DNA of 55,999 bases from an uncultured Gemmatimonadaceae bacterium (GTDB lineage Bacteria > Gemmatimonadota > Gemmatimonadetes > Gemmatimonadales > Gemmatimonadaceae): positions 1-55,999 of the forward strand of contig CAWGJO010000031.1 in NCBI GenBank assembly GCA_963822945.1. The letters run 5' to 3'. The position numbers were made by a program, and so were the translations under genes. Each line of letters begins with the position of its first letter. Positions within the stretch are counted from its first letter, which is position 1. The notes beneath the pieces were generated by a model. It saw nothing but the letters and a program-made list of their open reading frames with translations, searched no databases and was not told the DNA's origin. Of the stretch, positions 49,971 through 55,999 are shown piece after piece.

Positions 49971-50274
49971 ACATATTCAGAGTCGTCCCGACAACCGGCC
50001 GACAGATCCCCTTACGTCGTCACCAACTTCCGATACGTCACCAGGCGCGGCTGATCAGCACCCGGCTCCTTTCGCGTCTTCAAATCTTACATATACGAAC
50101 TGTACTCCGCTCCAACACGGCTCTGGACCGTCCAGCAGCGGGCACGCCGGGTCGCATCCGGCCGGTGGCTACCATGCTCCCGCACACTCCTCCCGCAATG
50201 TCCGCATGGGATCCGTACTTGTGGCCCGGCGTGCCGGTGATACTCGGTCCACTTGACCGGGCCCTTGGGCTTGG

Positions 50275-50635
50275 GGTGAGTAGGCCGGGGCATTGCAGCC
50301 CCAGCCGCTCGCAGAACCGGACGTGAGCCTGTCGACTCATCCGGCTCCCATCATCGAGCTGCAGGGTGGAATCCCTTTTCTCAATGCGCGAACGCCGTCG
50401 GCATGCGATCCGCAACTCGGCCAAGCGCCCGCGCTCCGCGAATGATCCCGCGCGCCAGCCGCCTGCACTTTCGCTGCATCCAGCGCACACATAGTCGTTC
50501 ACGTGTCGCCACAACGGTTGTATCGCGGACGGGTAGAACCGACCGTCGTCGTTCGACTAGCCCCGCAGCACCGGGTCGAACATGCTCGAGAGACCGCTCG
50601 GTGCGATTCACCCGACGCAAACAGTCGTCATTTAA
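50275..50635 (-). mobile_element. 5'-truncated group II intron remnant (decayed maturase domain X + DV + DVI)
   Basis: Broken frame MFDPVLRG*SNDDGRFYPSAIQPLWRHVNDY / VRWMQRK..RVADRMPTAFAH; DV GAGCCGGATGAGTCGACAGGCTCACGTCCGGTTC; ends CCTACTCACC. Confidence 0.85.
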
Positions 50636-50651
50636 TGCGGGGCGCCTCAGC

Positions 50652-51131
50652 TCAAAGATACGGCAGAAAGGAGAGGATGCCGATCCCAATACATGCTAAC
50701 CCGAGTAGGAATACTACCATCGAGCTCCCGGCCGGGCCGGCCTCGAGGACGCTAACGCCTGGGTCTCTTGGAGAAATATGCACCACCACTTCCTGATCGA
50801 GCGGATAGCGCGACGTCTGACTCCAAGCCCACGATAGGCCTCCCAGGCCGGCGCCCCCCATCCGGAACCTTGATCCAGTATACTCTTTGCCGTTGACCGA
50901 ATACCGGTATTGCACAACCGGAATGAATTCTGTCTTCTTGGTCGGAAGGATCCCCATGCTTGATACTTGGATCGGCCTCCTGCGCGCGCCTACGATGCGG
51001 CCTCTAACCGTCGGCCATTGTGCGCACCGAATTCCGCGGACGACGTTCACAACGCCTAGTATCGCCAACGCGACTCCGCCGAGCACCATCGTTCCCCCAG
51101 AAATGACGTCCGTCGCAGCGTGTGAAGTCAT
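50652..51131 (-). CDS. DUF3592 family membrane protein
   Basis: TM helix, WPTVRGRI, PVVQYRYSVNGKEY, VVVHISPRDP, TM helix. Confidence 0.75.
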   Translation of the reverse strand: MTSHAATDVISGGTMVLGGVALAILGVVNVVRGIRCAQWPTVRGRIVGARRRPIQVSSMGILPTKKTEFIPVVQYRYSVNGKEYTGSRFRMGGAGLGGLSWAWSQTSRYPLDQEVVVHISPRDPGVSVLEAGPAGSSMVVFLLGLACIGIGILSFLPYL

Positions 51132-51594
51132 ACGGCGGCCTGCCTCCTCGGATGGCGACGCGGCGCCTGAAGGCGTTCCGTTTCACCAGGTCGCGTGGCG
51201 GCAATCGATTGCCTCTGCGGTCGCTTCACCGCAAGGCTGGCCTTGGTCGCGCGATGCGCCGCAGACTCCTGATGGGAGACACCAAATCCGGTCCCTCCGG
51301 CGGCGGTACTTCGTCCCGACCGCACAGTCACTCGCCAATCTCCATAGTCTATGCTTCGAGGATGAGGGCCGCCGGTGTTCGTTGGTCTAACGCTATAGTA
51401 TCGATCCCCGCGCAGATCTATCAAGTACCTGAACTCGTGCTGCTGTGAGCCCCGTTTCGTGAATCAGATGCGACTAAGCTGTTCTGGGCGTGGGTCCCCG
51501 CGGATCGGTCCAGCCGGGTGCACGCTTTGACGGGAACTGAGCTGACCCCGGCGTATCCCCACTGCGGAAGCAAGGCCCCCGAACTGCTCCGGCG

Positions 51595-51692
51595 CTAGCT
51601 CCCTCTCTTGACGAGGGTTCGTCCACCCGTCCCCAACGGAATCGCAGTACAGTTTTGTCGGCACACCTCCCAGGAGGTGTGCCGGTAGACTG
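51595..51692 (+). repeat. att-like site 9 (core CA 51671), perfect 12-bp arms
   Basis: CGGCACACCTCC-CA-GGAGGTGTGCCG. Confidence 0.92.
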
Positions 51693-51830
51693 TGAAGCCC
51701 GTACGGCGGCCGCCGGTGTCCCTCGCGAAGAGCGCAGTTGAATTCCCCGCGTTGTTCATTGGCTCGGGAATCAAGCGCGCGCGGCTGCCCGGGCTCTCGG
51801 GGGGCACTCAGGTCATACTCGGCAACCTCA
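51671..51830 (+). pseudogene. queG: decayed, internally deleted queG 3' end
   Basis: QEVCR*TVKPVR..LAKSAVEFPALFIGSGIKRARLPGLSGGTQVILGN. Confidence 0.75.
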
Positions 51831-51968
51831 GTCGCAGCCGGCCTCGAGGATCCCGACCCCGCCGGAGCGCTGAGCGACAGATATACCTTGACCATCGACA
51901 ACAACCGGCATATTGTTGTCGAAGCTCAAGGGCTCCACCGACCGTTCCGCCTCCCTCGGATCCCTCCG

Positions 51969-52230
51969 ATGTCCGATCGCGCAGACCTCCTGCAGGGCAC
52001 GCTCGACCTCCTGATCCTCAAGCAGTTCCGTGCAGGCCCGCTCCACGGCTGGGGACTGTCGAAACGCATCCGCCTCCTCTCCGATGACGTCCTCCAGGTC
52101 AACCAGGGGTCGCTCTACCCCGCCCTCTATCGCCTGGAAGAACGGGGCCATGTGACCGCCGAGTGGGGCGTGTCGGACGAAGGCCGACGCGCCAAGTTCT
52201 ACACGCTCAGCGCAGCGGGCCGTCGGCGGT
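51969..52230 (+). CDS. PadR regulator, near-identical to 38635..38964, cut by the fold-back
   Basis: MSDRADLLQGTLDLLILK..RRAKFYTLSAAGRRR; the same promoter/operator lies at 51888-51922. Confidence 0.85.
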
Positions 52231-55200
52231 CACATGGCCCCGTTCTTCCAGGCGATAAAGAGGGCGGGGTAGAGCGAACCCCTGGTTGACCTGAGAGGTG
52301 GGGATTCGAGGAGGCGGATGCGTTTTCGACAGTCCCCAGCCGTGGAGCGGGCCTGCACGGAGACTCTTGAGGATCAGGAGGTCGAGCGTGCCTGCAGAGG
52401 TGCTGCGCGATCGGACATCGGAGGAATACAAGGACGGTCGGAGCCCTTGAGCTTCGACAACAATATGCCGGTTGTTGTCGACGGTCAAGGTATATCTGTC
52501 GCTCAGCGCTCCGGCGGGGTCGGGATCCTCGAGGCCGCTCGACTGAGGTTGCCGAGTATGACCTGAGTGCCCCCCGAGAGCCCGGGCGGCCGCGCGCACT
52601 TGATTCCCAAGCCGACGCAGGGAATTCGAGCTGCCGCTCCGCGAGGACACCGGCGGCCGCCGTACCGGCTTCACAGTCTACTGGCACACCTCCTGGGAGG
52701 TGTGCCGACGAAAACTGTACTGCGATTCCGTTGGGGACGGGTGGACGAACCCTCGTCAAGAGAGGGAGCTAGCGCCGGAGCAGTTCGGGGGCCTTGCTTC
52801 CGCAGTGGGGATACGCCGAGTAGCTACAGTACCCATCAAAGCGTGCACCCGGCTGCAACGATCCGCGGGGGACCCACGCCCAGAACAGCTTAGTCGCATC
52901 TGATTCACGAAACGGGGCTCACAGCAGCACGAGTTCAGGTACTTGATAGATCTGCGCGGGGATCGATACTATAGCGTTAGACCAACGAACACCGGCGGCC
53001 TGGTCGTCGAAGCATAGACTATGGAGATTGGCGAGTGACTGTGGCGATCGGGACGAAGTACCGCCGCCGGAGGGACCGGATTTGGTGTCTCCCATCAGGA
53101 GTCTGCGGCGCATCGCGCAACCAAGGCCAGCCTTGCGGTGAAGCAACCGCAGAGGCAATCGATTGCCGCCACGCGACCTGGTGAAACGGAACGCCAGGCG
53201 CCGCGTCGCCATCCGAGGAGGCGGGCCGCCATACTTCACACGCTGCGACGGACGGCATTTCTTACGGGAACGATGGTGCTCGGCGGAGTCGCGTTGGCGA
53301 TACTAGTCGTTGTGAACGTCGTCCGCGGAATTCGGTGGGCACAATGGCCGACGGTTAGAGGCCGCATCGTAGGCGCGCGCAGGAGGCCGATCCAAGTATC
53401 GAGCATCGGGATCCTTCCCCGAGAAAGACAGAATTCATTCCGGTTGTGCAATACCGGTATTCGGTCAACGGCAGAAGAGTATACTGGATCAAGGTTCCCG
53501 GATGAGGGCGCCGGCCTGGGAGGCCTATCGTGGGCTTGGGAGCTGCGAACTTGGCGCTACTCCGCTCGATCAGGAAGTGGTGGTGCATATTTTTCCAAGA
53601 GACCCAGGCGTTAGCGTCCTCGAGGCCGGCCCGGCCGGCGAGATGGTATGGTAGTATTCCTACTCGGGTTAGCATGTATTCGGATCGGCATCCTCTGCCT
53701 TTTCTGCCGTATCTTTGAGCTGAGGCGCCCCGCATTAAATGACGACTGTTTTCGTCGGGTGAATCGCACCGAGTCGGCTCGAGAGCATGCTCAACCCGGT
53801 GCTGCGGGGTAGTCAACGACGACGGTCGGTTCTACCCGTCCGCGATACAACCGTTGTGGCGACACGTGAACGACTATGGTGCGCTGGATGAGTGAAAGTG
53901 CAGGCGGCCGGCGCGCGGGAACATCGCGGAGCGCGGGCGCTTAGCCGAGTTGCGGATCGCATGCCGACGGCGTTCGCGCATTGAGAAAAGGGATTACGCC
54001 TGCAGCTCGATGATGGGAGCCGGATCAGTCGACAGGCTCACGTCCGGTTCTGCGAGCGGCTGGGGCTGCAATGCCCCGGCCTACTCACCCCAAGCCCAAG
54101 GGCCCGGTCGAGTGGACCGAGTATCACCGGCACGCCGGGCCACAAGTACGGATCCCATGCGGACATTGCGGGAGGAGTGTGCGGGAGCATGGTAGCCACC
54201 GGCCGGCTGCGACCCAGGGTGCCTGCTGGACGGTCCAGAGCCGTGTTGGAGCGGAGTACAGTTCGTCTATGTGATTTTTTGAAGACGCGAAAGGAGCAGG
54301 GTGCTGATCAGCCGCGCCTGGTGACGTATCGGGAAGTTGGTGACGACGTAAGGGGATCTGTCGGCCGGTGTCGGGACGATCTGAATATGTCGCCCACGTC
54401 CTGGGAGGTGTGCCGGTATAACTGTATCGAGATTCCGCTGGGAACCGGCGGCCGAACGCTCAATCCCGCAAAGAGTTAGGGCCGCCGCCCGGCACCAGTT
54501 GGTATACGGTGGCGGCGTCTGGGAATGGGGATGGCTTGGATTTCCGGGAATAGCGATTGGCCATAGTCCCGTTTAGCCACCGATCGGCAGCCGAAGCGTG
54601 CGCTGGGCGTTGACTCCACAGAGGCGCTGCTGGCGGAGTTGGGAGTGCCGCTGCACTCAGCCCGGCCTGCGCCACCGCCTGTTGACCTACGCGGGCGAAG
54701 GAACGTACGTTCTGAATCATGCGCTCTCTCTTGATCGGGGCCGTCTGCCTTGCTGGCGCCCTTGCCTGTCAAAGCCAACGCCCCGCTCCCGCGGCGGCGC
54801 CATTGGCGGAAGTGCCGCGGTCTGTCTTCGGACGCGCGTTGCACGCCGAGTCTGCGAGCCGCTCAAGCCCGGTAAAGATTGGCGCAAAGTCTGCATGCCC
54901 AAAGACCAGTCGGCTCCTCCATTGGTCGTGCCGAAGAAGCGGTGACGGCGGAGCGAAGGTAGGCTGCGCCCCATCTTCGAGCTGGCGAGCGCGTTGAGAT
55001 GTCGTCAGACGGTGCGGCCGGTCAGCCCCGCTTCATAGCGGACGGGCAGGTGCACGACGGTGGCCGGATTCGCGAGCAATGTCCGCGTGGCCTCCGCAGC
55101 CTCAGTCACCGCGTGCGCGGGCGGAAAGAGCGGCGGGGGCCCACACCCGTGACCCGCACGCGGTGACGTTTCCGCTGACTCTTCCTTCTGATCCTATCCG

Positions 55201-55999
55201 AGCGCCAAGGAGGCTTGTCGAATGACGCAGCGTTGATCGCCATGATCCTCGTCGCGTTGCTGGTCGCCGAATGGCGTTACCGGCGGAAGATTCTGCGCGG
55301 CCTGGCAATAGGAGCGTCGCTGGTCACGCTGTTCTTTGCGCAACCCCGGTACTACGGAGCTGTACGGGTTGCGCTGTCGACGCCAGCGTCGGACCGGGTC
55401 GTGCGATTGCGGGTCCGCGCGGCGACGGAGTACGAGAGCGGAGTGATCACGATGCACCAGGCGCCCGCGGACGCGGACATCGGGGCAACCCGCCACGTAT
55501 CGGCGTACTCGTATGGCTCGCATTGACCCCGGTGTTTCGAGATCGCCGGCGGGCGGCGCGCTTCAGGCTGCGGAACCGCCTCCACTCTGATGGCCCGCGT
55601 CGGGACGGTAATCGCGCGAAGCAGCCGTCAGGCTATCCGCATGGCGAACGGGCGACAGCGGCGCTCTTCTTGATCTGCGGTCTCGCGTGGGTGGCCTCCG
55701 GCGTGTTGATGCTGAGGCCGCGGGCGGCTCTGCGTAGCACGCAGGCGCCTTGGACTCGACTGCCTCCATGGGGCATGAGGGCTCGGCGCCGCTGTGCTGA
55801 TTATAGGAGTGCGGTGTCTACCTGTTTGCCGCGCAACTCCAGCAGTAGTGCTGACGGTAGCCACTCCGGCGGGTCCCCCCGAAAGTCGGACCGGATGGAT
55901 GCGCGGAAGGCAGTGAGATCGAGCCCCACTCCAATCTCGCGTCATCCCCGCTCAGTTCCGTGACCCAGGAGAGTCCAGTCTTCAGGGCACACCTCCTGG
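52231..55999 (-). repeat. inverted (fold-back) copy of about 48329-52154, probably a sequencing or amplification artefact
   Basis: All features recur mirrored (cores at 52694, 54402, 55997) with many extra indels; there is 8-bp microhomology at the junction. Confidence 0.9.

Noticed and set aside
50275..50488. A complete mini group II intron starting GTGCG at 50488
   Set aside because: That GTGCG lies inside the decayed maturase frame (VRWMQ), and maturase similarity continues further upstream.
24098..51692. The repeats as a CRISPR array
   Set aside because: Spacing is 1.6-8 kb with whole genes between copies, and no cas genes are present.
24098..51692. The repeats as integron attC sites
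   Set aside because: They lack the RYYYAAC...GTTRRRY box structure, no intI is present, half of each site is queG coding sequence, and cargo genes have their own promoters in both orientations.
48329..55999. The large inverted repeat as a shufflon or real invertible segment
   Set aside because: The junction lies mid-padR at a microhomology rather than at an att core, and the second arm carries a one-sided excess of indels.

Overview
High-GC bacterial DNA, probably Gemmatimonadota (inferred from gene content), with many single-base indels typical of a long-read assembly. 1-17947 is housekeeping backbone: rsgA, proline dehydrogenase, an M14 peptidase, an ECF sigma module, fadJ/fadI, glpD, greA, rmuC, a DHS-like gene, a LOG gene, a phosphodiesterase and queG. 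From the last Fe-S motif of queG onward, about 34 kb is a tandem array of cargo blocks separated by direct copies of one palindromic site, GGCACACCTCC-CA-GGAGGTGTGCC. There are 8 two-armed copies, 1 right-arm-only copy and 1 doubtful copy. The right arm is the queG 3' end (QEVCPWN...), intact or decayed. The left arm reads on the minus strand as a conserved 25-aa C-terminus with a positionally conserved stop. Cargo includes KdpDE/KimA-like and ArsR-ArsP genes, a cytochrome b trio, four complete PadR + duplicated ABC-permease (ADOP) pairs and a fifth truncated padR, an IS1111-type IS110 with readable bridge/seek-RNA guides, and a group II intron remnant. No integrase for the array is visible in the window. 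I read it as a queG-anchored serial-integration cassette array. 52231-55999 is an error-rich fold-back copy of about 48329-52154 and is probably an artefact.
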